A stretch of 32,000 nucleotides of DNA from an uncultured Chloroflexia bacterium. Its GTDB lineage: Bacteria > Chloroflexota > Ktedonobacteria > Ktedonobacterales > JADMIN01. The stretch covers positions 900,001 through 932,000 of the forward strand of contig CAVRAI010000004.1 of the NCBI GenBank assembly GCA_963718915.1, given 5' to 3'. The translations under genes were made by a program, and so were the position numbers. Below are positions 7,891 to 18,847 of this stretch, one piece after another. The number at the start of each line of letters is the position of its first letter. Positions within the stretch are counted from its first letter, which is position 1. The notes under the pieces are model-generated. The model was not told where the DNA came from, did not search any database, and saw only the letters and a program-made list of their open reading frames with translations.

Positions 7891-9138
7891 TTAACTGCGC
7901 AGGCGCTCCAACACCTTCGGGTGGCGAAGCTTCGCCAGCGCGCCCGCCTCGATCTGGCGCACACGCTCGCGGGTGATGCCCAACTGGCGGCCTACCTGCT
8001 CCAGTGGATAGGTGTGACCGTTGCCCAGACCGAAGCGCAACTGAAGCACCAGACGCTCGCGTGGGGTCAGCACGTCGTCGAGGACATCCTGCACTTCCTG
8101 CTTCATGGTCCGAGTCGTGGCAACCTCCTCTGGCGAGGTGCTCGTCTCATCGGCCAACACGTCACCAAGCTCCTGCTCTTCGTCTTCGCCAACGGGAAGC
8201 TCCAGCGAGATGGGTGTGCCGGGCGCGGCCTCAAGCTCATGCAGGCGCTCAACCTCCATGCCAAGCACGTCGGCAAGCTCCTGCTCGGTTGGATCGCGGC
8301 CAAGCTCCTGCACCAACCGCTGTCGCTCGCGGCGAACGCGGTTGAGGGCGGTGTTGACATAGACTGGCAGGCGGATAGCGCGCCCTTTATCAGCCACAGC
8401 ACGACTAATCGCCTGACGAATCCACCAGGTGGCGTGGGTGCTGAAGCGGTGCCCGCGGCGCCAGTCATAGCGCTGTACGGCTCGCATCAGGCCAATGTTG
8501 CCTTCCTGGATGAGATCGAGTAGCGAGAGGCCTCGACCAACGTAGCGCTTGGCGATGCTTACCACCAGGCGCAGGTTCGCCAGTACGAACTGCTGCACAG
8601 CGTCTTTATCGCCTGCCTCGATGCGCTGAGCCAGATCAATCTCTTGGGCATGGCTCAGCATCGGCACGCGACCGATTTCGCGGAGGTATGCGGTGATCGC
8701 ATCGACCTCAGTGGCCTCGCCACGCTCGACGGCCCGCGCCACTTCGTGAACCCGGCGGAGGCGGGCCTCGCCTGCCTCAGATTCATCTGGCATGTCAACC
8801 AGAGGTGCGCTATCTGTTTCCATTGCCTTAATGCTGCTTTCGATTGCCTCGTCCTCCTGCACGCTGGCCTCCTCATCGTCGTCGATAATATCAACGTCGT
8901 CTGCCAGAAGCCGATCTATGGCGGTCTCGAGGTCTATAGTCGCCTCACCTGAAGTTGCCGTCTTGTCTGCGTGGTCATGCTTCTTGTCTGGGACAAGAGC
9001 CCGCTGAACCGTTGCCTGATGGCGAACGGCGGCTTCGAGATCAGCACGGCGCACGTAACCGCGTTTGCGCCCTTCATTGAATATCTCGTCGAATGTGATA
9101 GTATCGGTTGTAGTGACTGAAGGCATAAGCGATTTCAT
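7891..9138 (-). CDS. sigA: primary RNA polymerase sigma factor (sigma-70 family, RpoD/SigA)
   Basis: The translation has region 2 (LRLVVSIAKRYVGRGLSLLDLIQEGNIGLMRAVQRYDWRRGHRFSTHATWWIRQAI), region 3, region 4 (LTPRERLVLQLRFGL...LEQVGRQLGITRERVRQIEAGAL) and an acidic N-terminal region. The track start at 9186 is a TTG. ATG 9138 or ATG 9126 is more plausible, but the start remains uncertain. Confidence 0.9.
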   Translation of the reverse strand: MKSLMPSVTTTDTITFDEIFNEGRKRGYVRRADLEAAVRHQATVQRALVPDKKHDHADKTATSGEATIDLETAIDRLLADDVDIIDDDEEASVQEDEAIESSIKAMETDSAPLVDMPDESEAGEARLRRVHEVARAVERGEATEVDAITAYLREIGRVPMLSHAQEIDLAQRIEAGDKDAVQQFVLANLRLVVSIAKRYVGRGLSLLDLIQEGNIGLMRAVQRYDWRRGHRFSTHATWWIRQAISRAVADKGRAIRLPVYVNTALNRVRRERQRLVQELGRDPTEQELADVLGMEVERLHELEAAPGTPISLELPVGEDEEQELGDVLADETSTSPEEVATTRTMKQEVQDVLDDVLTPRERLVLQLRFGLGNGHTYPLEQVGRQLGITRERVRQIEAGALAKLRHPKVLERLRS

Positions 9139-9459
9139 CCAACAGAATGAACGTGCAGGAGTACCTGCGCACGTCGTGGTGAACAAACATGATTAGATGA
9201 GTATTTTACCTGAGTAGCGGTAGCGCCCTGAAGTTGCTCTCTACTTACGCTGATGGAGCCAGGCGCGTGACTTGCCACGCATGAGGTTAACCTGGCTATT
9301 TGGCTCAACAGGCGCCAATGATACTCCACTCACCTTTCATACGTAAACCCCCCCACTTCGGTTACACAAAGATAGACAATAACGCAAGACGCAAGAATTA
9401 GTCCAGATGGCCTCTGGCCATTGAAACCTGCGAGAGAACACTGTTTCTGAGCGCAACTA

Positions 9460-9494
9460 GGCCCGGGGAGCGCTCCATTGCGCTCAACCGGGCC
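9460..9494 (-). terminator. strong GC hairpin in the 23S-sigA spacer (possible terminator or processing structure)
   Basis: GGCCCGGUUGAGCGCAAUGGAGCGCUCCCCGGGCC on the minus strand: a 7-bp outer stem plus a 6-bp inner stem. No U-tract follows, so the terminator role is inferred only. Confidence 0.3.
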
Positions 9495-9579
9495 TTTCAG
9501 TATGATCTGAAATCCTTGCCCAAACACCAGTTTGTCTGCACAGGGTTGAGCAACCGCATGGATGTGGACAATGTCTATG

Positions 9580-9687
9580 CAACGACTGTTTTTCTCATAT
9601 TTGCCGACGAGTAGACGCTCTCGTCCGCATCCGAAGATGCATACGAGACACGCGCGATGAGATCGAATGATATCCCAGCATGGAAGT
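9580..9687 (-). other. 23S rRNA precursor trailer, 3' half of the leader/trailer processing helix
   Basis: The plus strand at 9593-9626 (TCTCATATTTGCCGACGAGTAGACGCTCTCGTCC) is an inverted repeat of 12961-12994. Complementarity continues with small bulges toward the mature end; for example CCAGCATGG at 9675-9683 pairs with CCATGCTGG at 12917-12925. Confidence 0.65.
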
Positions 9688-12907
<3,220 letters not shown>

Positions 12908-13007
12908 TTTCCAACGCCATGCTGGTGCTATCAGTTCGATCACATGCGACACGCTCTCAGGACAAGAGCGCTACTCGCATCGGCAAATATGAGAAAACAC
13001 TCGACAA
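12908..13007 (-). other. 23S rRNA precursor leader, 5' half of the leader/trailer processing helix
   Basis: The plus strand at 12961-12994 (GACAAGAGCGCTACTCGCATCGGCAAATATGAGA) is the reverse complement of 9593-9626. That gives about 32 bp with two small bulges and one G-U pair. The flanking segments also pair. Confidence 0.65.
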
Positions 13008-13192
13008 CACCCCGTATTCGTCTCGCGCACCGCACTCGGCTACGGTATATCGCGCGAACATCCTACGCTCGTTGTCGCTTCCACATCACATTATGCGGTT
13101 GTTCATGTGCGATGCGCCCGGCCCCGAAATTATCGGGTGGCGATGAAATGTGCCTCAGAGAACCATCGTTGGCTATTCTAAGGCACCCCCTC

Positions 13193-13221
13193 AGTATAAC
13201 ACGCTTCCTGGCCTCAGTCAA
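13193..13221 (-). promoter_or_regulatory. sigma70-type promoter TTGACT-17-TATACT for the 23S rRNA transcription unit
   Basis: The minus strand reads TTGACT (13221-13216), a 17-nt spacer, then TATACT (13198-13193). This is about 285 nt upstream of the mature 23S 5' end and 80 nt downstream of the preceding gene's stop. Confidence 0.6.
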
Positions 13222-13300
13222 CCCCTCATGCCACATAATTTCGGGATAATGTGTTGTTGAGTCGCGACAAAGGCAAGCAGCTACAACTCTCAGGTGCAAG

Positions 13301-13981
13301 TCAGTTCGAGAAGCGGAAACGGATCAGCGCCCACATCGCCGCGAAACCATCGCGCCAGGTGATCTTCTTGCCTTCGGCGTAGTCACGTCCAGCGTAGTAG
13401 ATCGGCACTTCGTAGATGCGATAGCCCTTCTTCAGCACCTTCGCGGTAATCTCTGGCTCAAAGTCGAACCGATTGCTGCGGATGCGTACGTCCTTGAGAA
13501 TCGGCGCGCGAAACGCCTTGTAGCCGGTCTCCATGTCGGTCAAGATGTTATTGTAAAGGACGTTAGTAATCAGCGTGAGCAATTTGTTGCCCAGATAGTG
13601 ATGCAGCATAAATGAGCGGTGCGTGCCAAGGAATCGCGAACCATAGACGACATCCGCTACTCCATCCAGGAGTGGCCGCAGAACCGCTCCAAAGTCACTG
13701 GGGTTATATTCGAGATCGGCATCCTGAATGATGATGATATCTTTGGTGGCTGCTTGCGCTCCCGTGCGTATGCCCGCACCCTTTCCTTTGTTCTTGTCGT
13801 GATAAAATACCTTGACATTCGCTGGCCAGTCAGTTTCTTGCAACAGTTCGCGCGTGCCGTCGGTCGAGCGGTCATCGATAATGATGATTTCTTTATCGAA
13901 CGGCTGCTCCTGCACACGGCGAATGACCTCAAGAATGGTGGTCCGCTCATTGAAGACAGGAATCAGAACCGAAATCTCCAC
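13301..13981 (-). CDS. family 2 glycosyltransferase (polyprenol-phosphate glycosyltransferase-like)
   Basis: The translation reads MEISVLIPVFNERTTILEVIRRV...IIIIDDRSTDGTRELL...IIIIQDADLEYNP, the canonical GT2 (GT-A, DxD) N-terminal layout. Confidence 0.85.
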   Translation of the reverse strand: MEISVLIPVFNERTTILEVIRRVQEQPFDKEIIIIDDRSTDGTRELLQETDWPANVKVFYHDKNKGKGAGIRTGAQAATKDIIIIQDADLEYNPSDFGAVLRPLLDGVADVVYGSRFLGTHRSFMLHHYLGNKLLTLITNVLYNNILTDMETGYKAFRAPILKDVRIRSNRFDFEPEITAKVLKKGYRIYEVPIYYAGRDYAEGKKITWRDGFAAMWALIRFRFSN

Positions 13982-14250
13982 ACTTCCTCGCTTTACTCCC
14001 CGGCAGATATCCCATAGCCAGCGGTACTCCTGGCACGCAACAATGGCCTAGCGCTCCGTGCCTCCTGCATCGACTTCACCATGAATCCGCACAGGCCGCG
14101 TTAGATTTTACGCCGAAGCGCGCGGTAGCCGGGTAGCTTCACCCAATCTTCCCACAGAGAAGGCGCAATTCGCCACAATACATAATGAAGGGACGCTCCA
14201 CTGGAGATGGCGCGCCCCTGATTCTTGCGATGTGTGTAAGCGCATGTAAA

Positions 14251-14979
14251 TCAATCGCCGTCCGTCGAATTATACAGGATGGCGCGCTTGACTTCCTCAA
14301 TCGCGTCGGTGACATGAATCCCACGCGGGCAGGCCTCTGTGCAGTTGAAGATCGTGCGGCAACGCCAGACGCCAGTACGGTCACTCAGAATGTTCAGGCG
14401 CTCGGCGCCACCACGGTCGCGGCTATCGAAGATGAACCGGTGCGCATTTACGATGGATGCTGGTCCAACCCACTCGGCATTAGCCCAGACAGACGGGCAC
14501 GACCCGGTGCAGGCGCCGCAGAGGATGCACTTGGTCGTCTCGTCGAAGCGCTCGCGTTCCTCGGGCGTCTGCAAACGCTCGGTGCGCGGCGCAGGCTCAT
14601 TGTTGACGAGATAGGGCTTCACTTTCTCATACTTTGCGAAGAAGGGATCCATATCAACCACCAGGTCGCGGATGACTGGAAAGCCAAGCATTGGTTCGAC
14701 CGAGATCCGTGCGCCAAGATCCTGCATCAGCAACTTACACGCTAACCGATTACGCCCGTTGACCCGCATCGCGTCCGATCCACAGACACCATGAGCGCAC
14801 GAGCGGCGATAGGTAAGTGTCCCGTCCTGCTCCCACTTGATCTTGTTTAGTGTATCAAGCAGGCGGTCGTTGCCTTCTACCTCGACGTGGAACTCCTGCC
14901 AGTATGGCTCGGGATTCTCTCCGGGCTGGTAGCGCTTAATTTTGACATGCGCCTTGTATTTTCCATTGGTGGCAGCCAT
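14251..14979 (-). CDS. sdhB: succinate dehydrogenase / fumarate reductase iron-sulfur subunit
   Basis: The three Fe-S cluster motifs are present: RRSCAHGVCGSDAMRVNG, CILCGACTGSCP and CRTIFNCTEACPRGI. Confidence 0.94.
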   Translation of the reverse strand: MAATNGKYKAHVKIKRYQPGENPEPYWQEFHVEVEGNDRLLDTLNKIKWEQDGTLTYRRSCAHGVCGSDAMRVNGRNRLACKLLMQDLGARISVEPMLGFPVIRDLVVDMDPFFAKYEKVKPYLVNNEPAPRTERLQTPEERERFDETTKCILCGACTGSCPSVWANAEWVGPASIVNAHRFIFDSRDRGGAERLNILSDRTGVWRCRTIFNCTEACPRGIHVTDAIEEVKRAILYNSTDGD

Positions 14980-15009
14980 CGCCAGTCCTCTTCTCTAAAT
15001 GACACTGTT

Positions 15010-15083
15010 CTATGACTATGCCTGGACTATGCCTGGACTATGCCTGGACTATGCCTGGACTATGCCTGGACTATGCCTGGACA
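15010..15083. repeat. perfect 11-bp tandem repeat (GACTATGCCTG x6 plus partial copies) in the sdhA-sdhB intergenic spacer
   Basis: Six identical units were read directly at 15014-15079, flanked by partial units CTATG (15010-15014) and GAC (15080-15082). The mRNA-sense unit is UCCAGGCAUAG. Confidence 0.97.
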
Positions 15084-15092
15084 TCATCACGC

Positions 15093-16829
15093 CTAATATT
15101 TGCGCTCTTTCGGCTCGAACTCTGTGATGACGACGGGCTTGTAGCGTAACTCTGGCGCACCGGCTGTCTCGGATCGATAGGCTAGCGTGTGTCTGAGGAA
15201 GTTGACATCGTCGCGCTTCTCATAGTCTGTGCGATAGTGCGCGCCGCGGCTCTCTTTGCGGGCACGTGCGCCGGCGATGGTTGCCTCGGAGCATTCGATC
15301 AGATTGCCCAGTTCGATCACTTCCATCAATTCGGTGTTAAAGGCGCGTGTACGATCCATCAGGCGAATGGCGCCGAACCGCTGTTTCAGCTCGACGAGCT
15401 TTGTGGTCGCGGTCTTCAGACTCTCCTCGTTACGCACGACGCCGACATACTCCATCATCATATCGCGCAATTCCGCGCGGATATTTTCCTGCGTCTCGCC
15501 GACGGTGCGGCTGAGCAACCCCTCGACCATCTCAGTAGCATAGGCGTCGGGGTTGTTGGGCAGCGGCGCGAATTCAGCCTCAGGCAGCCATTTGGCCGCA
15601 ATATGCTTGCCTGCGCGACGGCCAAAGACAATCAGATCCACCAGCGAATTGGTGCCCAGGCGGTTTGCTCCATGCACGGAGACACAGGCAACCTCGCCTG
15701 CCGCATACAGCCCCGGCAGCGCCATATTCTGTTCGTCCGTCACTACCCGCCCCTCGATATCGGTGGGGATGCCACCCATCGCGTAGTGGGCCGTTGGCTG
15801 GATTGGCACTGGCTCGTAATATGGCTCGACGCCAAGGTAGTTGCGGGCGAAATCGGTGATGTCGGGCAACTTGGCGTCAATTGTCTCCTTGCCCAAATGC
15901 GCTACCGAGAGGTACACATAGTCTTTGCCATCGATGCCACGCCCCTCAGCAATCTCCTGGACGATGAAGCGTGACACCATATCGCGCGGCGCGAGTTCCT
16001 GCATCGTTGGAGCATAGCGAATGCAGAAGCGTTCCCCCTCGTTGTTCAGCAGGTATGCGCCCTCGCCGCGCGCCGCCTCAGACAGCAGAATGCCGATTTT
16101 ATACAATCCTGTTGGGTGGAACTGATACATCTCCATATCTTCAAGCGGGATACCGCGCCGATAGGCCACGGCCATGCCATCGCCAGTGCAGGCAAGCGCG
16201 TTGCTAGTGATGCGCCAGGCGCGTCCATAGCCGCCAGTCGCCAGCACCACCGTCTTTGCGTGGAAGGTGTGTATCGTGCCGTCACGCAGGCAAAGGGCGA
16301 CAACGCCACATGCCTGACCATCGTTGATGAGCAGATCGAGCATCATGTACTCGTTGAAGAATCGCACCTGGTTCTTGATGGACTGCTGATACATTGTCTG
16401 CAAGATCATATGCCCCGTGCGGTCAGCAGCGTAGCACGAGCGGCGTACTGGACCCTCACCGAAGTTACGACTGTGGCCGCCAAAGCGGCGCTGGTCGATC
16501 TTGCCATCGGGGGTTCGGTTGAAAGGCAGTCCCCAATGCTCCAGGTCATAGACTGCTTCGATGGCCTCGCGTGTGAGCACCTCGCCAGCATCCTGGTCAA
16601 CCAGATAATCACCACCTTTGACGGTGTCGAACATGTGCCACTTCCAGTGGTCTTCTTCCACGTTGCCCAGTGCGGCGGCTACCCCGCCCTGCGCTGCGCC
16701 AGTATGCGAGCGCGTGGGGTAGAGCTTGCTGATGACCGCAATGCTGGCGCCCTGGGCCAGTTGCATCGCCGACATCAGACCAGCGCCACCCGCGCCAACG
16801 ATCACTACATCAAACTTATGGTAGTTCAT
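15093..16829 (-). CDS. sdhA: succinate dehydrogenase / fumarate reductase flavoprotein subunit
   Basis: The translation has the FAD dinucleotide fold [26 protein letters not shown] (the histidine that binds FAD covalently), HPTG, and RGAHYR near the C-terminus. AGGAG lies 8 nt upstream of the ATG. Confidence 0.96.
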   Translation of the reverse strand: MNYHKFDVVIVGAGGAGLMSAMQLAQGASIAVISKLYPTRSHTGAAQGGVAAALGNVEEDHWKWHMFDTVKGGDYLVDQDAGEVLTREAIEAVYDLEHWGLPFNRTPDGKIDQRRFGGHSRNFGEGPVRRSCYAADRTGHMILQTMYQQSIKNQVRFFNEYMMLDLLINDGQACGVVALCLRDGTIHTFHAKTVVLATGGYGRAWRITSNALACTGDGMAVAYRRGIPLEDMEMYQFHPTGLYKIGILLSEAARGEGAYLLNNEGERFCIRYAPTMQELAPRDMVSRFIVQEIAEGRGIDGKDYVYLSVAHLGKETIDAKLPDITDFARNYLGVEPYYEPVPIQPTAHYAMGGIPTDIEGRVVTDEQNMALPGLYAAGEVACVSVHGANRLGTNSLVDLIVFGRRAGKHIAAKWLPEAEFAPLPNNPDAYATEMVEGLLSRTVGETQENIRAELRDMMMEYVGVVRNEESLKTATTKLVELKQRFGAIRLMDRTRAFNTELMEVIELGNLIECSEATIAGARARKESRGAHYRTDYEKRDDVNFLRHTLAYRSETAGAPELRYKPVVITEFEPKERKY

Positions 16830-16889
16830 GAATAGACTCCTGGATCTAGCCTCTGTTCTATCACCCTGGCTGAATTACGCGCACATGCA

Positions 16890-17339
16890 CTAGTGGCCCA
16901 GCATACCCAGGATTGCCTGAGTGATGTTCATATTCCGATGGAAGGTGATAATGGTCATCATGCCAATCAGCCAGAAGCTGAGCGCGATAACGAACAGGCC
17001 CGAAACAACCGCGACCCTCCAGCCACGTGACTTGATATAGTCGTCGCAAATGATGCGCAGACCGTTCAATCCGTGGAACAGCGCCAGCGTCAACAGTAAC
17101 AGATCGTAGCCGCGCCAGAACGGATTGTCATACCGCTTTGCGACATAATCATATACCGTCTCCGAAACATCGACACTGACGTGCATGAGGAAGAGATGAA
17201 TGATAGCCAGAAAGACCAGCGCCACCCCGCTCACTCGGAAGAACCACCAGGAAAACGTTTCAAAACCGCTCGCGCCATTTGGCCGGGAGGTTGCTCCGTA
17301 ACTCGTCACTCTTGGGCTATCTTGAACTGGTGTCGCCAT
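16890..17339 (-). CDS. sdhD: succinate dehydrogenase hydrophobic membrane anchor subunit (SdhD-like)
   Basis: ORF 16890..17459. The internal ATG at 17339 is preceded by GGAGAA and lies 28 nt after the upstream gene's stop. The protein has three hydrophobic helices with conserved His (IIHLFLMHV, LFHGLNGL). Its operon position is between sdhC and sdhA. Confidence 0.75.
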   Translation of the reverse strand: MATPVQDSPRVTSYGATSRPNGASGFETFSWWFFRVSGVALVFLAIIHLFLMHVSVDVSETVYDYVAKRYDNPFWRGYDLLLLTLALFHGLNGLRIICDDYIKSRGWRVAVVSGLFVIALSFWLIGMMTIITFHRNMNITQAILGMLGH

Positions 17340-17367
17340 ACTCGTTCTCCTTGACTTCGAGTCGATC

Positions 17368-17760
17368 CTACATAATGTTCGCGTTACACAGCCCCGGCCC
17401 TTGCGGGCAGATGCCAAAGATCGGCGCGAGGACGAAGTATCCCATGCCCAGCGTGCCAATGATGGTCAGCGCCATCACGACGTAAAACATCTGGCTCTGG
17501 TATTTGTAACCTGTTGACCAGAAGTCGATGAGAATGATGCGGACGCCGTTGAATGCGTGGTAAAGCACCGCGCCGATTAACGCAACCGAGACGACGCGAA
17601 TAGGCCCAAGGCTGAAGATTCCGATGGCATCGTTATAGATGGTCGGGCCGAAGCCAATCAGGGTGATATCAATGATGTGGACCAGCAGAAAGAGCAGAAT
17701 GGCTAGGCCTGTCACGCGGTGGAATAGCCAGGACCATTGACCCGACTGACCTCTGTACAT
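17368..17760 (-). CDS. sdhC: succinate dehydrogenase cytochrome b subunit (SdhC-like)
   Basis: ORF 17368..17865. The ATG at 17760 is preceded by AAGGAGA. The translation MYRGQSGQWSWLFHRVTGLAILLFLLVHI...LYHAFNGVR is typical of SdhC. Confidence 0.8.
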   Translation of the reverse strand: MYRGQSGQWSWLFHRVTGLAILLFLLVHIIDITLIGFGPTIYNDAIGIFSLGPIRVVSVALIGAVLYHAFNGVRIILIDFWSTGYKYQSQMFYVVMALTIIGTLGMGYFVLAPIFGICPQGPGLCNANIM

Positions 17761-18009
17761 ACGGAGTGTCTCCTTTAGAGAAAACTCATGGGTTACGACA
17801 AACGCGCGCTTTCGCAGATATCGCGACGTTGATTCGCCAGTTGACCAGACGGGGATATAAGACAAACGCGCACATCGATGACGGTTTCGCCAGGATGTAT
17901 CACGGGAATGCGGAAAATTGGATCACTCGCTTGCATACGACCTGACTCTGCCTCATTGCGCTCGTCGGACCCCATTGTCACGGTTATAGGTATCATGCGC
18001 ACTTTTTAG

Positions 18010-18038
18010 ATTATACGCCTGTGGGTATATCCCTACAA
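18010..18038 (-). promoter_or_regulatory. putative sigma70-type promoter TTGTAG-17-TATAAT upstream of the sdh operon
   Basis: The minus strand reads TTGTAG (18038-18033), a 17-nt spacer, then TATAAT (18015-18010). This implies a leader of about 250 nt before sdhC. Confidence 0.35.
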
Positions 18039-18058
18039 CTGGTCACAGATGCGCGGCA

Positions 18059-18847
18059 TCAATAGGCCAACTCATGCAACGGACGAAGTACAATCCCTGC
18101 CGTACTGAGGGCAATACGCACCGCCGACGCGATTGTCGCGGCACCCTTGGTATCGCTATGAACGCACAGCGTCTGGGGGCGCATATGTAGCGTGGAGCCA
18201 TCGGCTGCCGCCAGTGTTCCTGCCTGGATCAGAGTCACCACACGCTCCGCCGCGACTTGAGGATTGCCTAGCAGGGCGTCGGAATGTGACCGTGGTAGGA
18301 GTCTGCCCGCACTGTCATAGCCACGATCGGCAAACGCTTCCTCGGCGACTCGTAGCCCCGCCTCGCGCGCAACCGTAACCATACGTGATTCTGCCCGCGC
18401 GATCAGCGCCAGGTCTGGATTGAATGCTCGCACCGCCCTCACCACTGCCGCCGCCTGTGTTTCGTCGTCGGCTGCTGTGTTATATAGGGCGCCGTGTGGC
18501 TTCACATGTCGCAGAATAGCGCCAACCCCGCGTGCCATCGCGTCGAGTGCGCCAAGTTGAGCCAGTGTCCACACCTCCACTTCATCAGGCGAGAGAGGTA
18601 TTGCTCGCCGCCCAAAGCCGTACAGATCAGGATAGCCGGGGTGCGCGCCGACGGCCACATTGTGTTGTTTGGCCAGTAGCAGTGTCCGGCGCATGACCAG
18701 CGGATCGCCCGCATGCGCGCCACAGGCAATGTTGACCGAAGTCATCAGCGGAATCAGCGCTGTATCATCTCCCATCGGCCACTGCCCAAAGGACTCGCCC
18801 GCGTCGCAATTAAGGTCGATTTCTTGCGCCACGTTTTCACGTACCAT
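18059..18847 (-). CDS. pxpA: 5-oxoprolinase subunit A (LamB/YcsF family)
   Basis: ORF 18059..18964. From ATG 18847 the translation reads MVRENVAQEIDLNCDAGESFG...NIACGAHAGDPLVMRRT...VAVGAHPGYPDLYGFGRR, the LamB/YcsF signature. This start overlaps the stop of the upstream gene by 11 nt. Confidence 0.88.
   Translation of the reverse strand: MVRENVAQEIDLNCDAGESFGQWPMGDDTALIPLMTSVNIACGAHAGDPLVMRRTLLLAKQHNVAVGAHPGYPDLYGFGRRAIPLSPDEVEVWTLAQLGALDAMARGVGAILRHVKPHGALYNTAADDETQAAAVVRAVRAFNPDLALIARAESRMVTVAREAGLRVAEEAFADRGYDSAGRLLPRSHSDALLGNPQVAAERVVTLIQAGTLAAADGSTLHMRPQTLCVHSDTKGAATIASAVRIALSTAGIVLRPLHELAY

Noticed and set aside
7891-9186. The track start (TTG at 9186) for the sigma factor, and the upstream ORF 9135..9329 (-).
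   Set aside because: The extension MFTTTCAGTPARSFCW has no ribosome-binding site and an atypical start codon, so the ATGs at 9138 and 9126 are preferred. The 64-aa upstream ORF has no coding features.
9200-9327. Possible 5S rRNA. A roughly 128-nt segment is closed by GAGUAU/AUACUC, with GAAGUUG and GCUGAUGGAG strings on the plus strand. A second candidate is a roughly 130-nt element closed by GCAAGGAUU/AAUUCUUGC at about 9400-9530 (minus strand).
   Set aside because: Neither contains the conserved 5S blocks (CCGAAC, GAAGUnAAGC, GCCGAUGGUA, GAGAGUAGG). The first is also on the strand opposite the 23S. Both are more likely sigA leader or terminator structure. This needs a covariance-model check.
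15010-15083. Whether the 11-bp repeat array could be a CRISPR array.
   Set aside because: The units are directly abutting with no spacers and are far shorter than CRISPR repeats. It is a simple tandem repeat.
14185-16835. Plus-strand ORFs antisense to sdhB and sdhA: 14185..14745, 15189..15974 and 16116..16835.
   Set aside because: They are antisense to highly conserved, motif-rich sdh genes, which is a high-GC artefact.
17793-18002. The 69-aa ORF in the predicted sdh leader, as a possible leader peptide or small protein.
   Set aside because: There is no ribosome-binding site and no recognisable features. It probably lies in the untranslated leader between the putative promoter (18010-18038) and sdhC.
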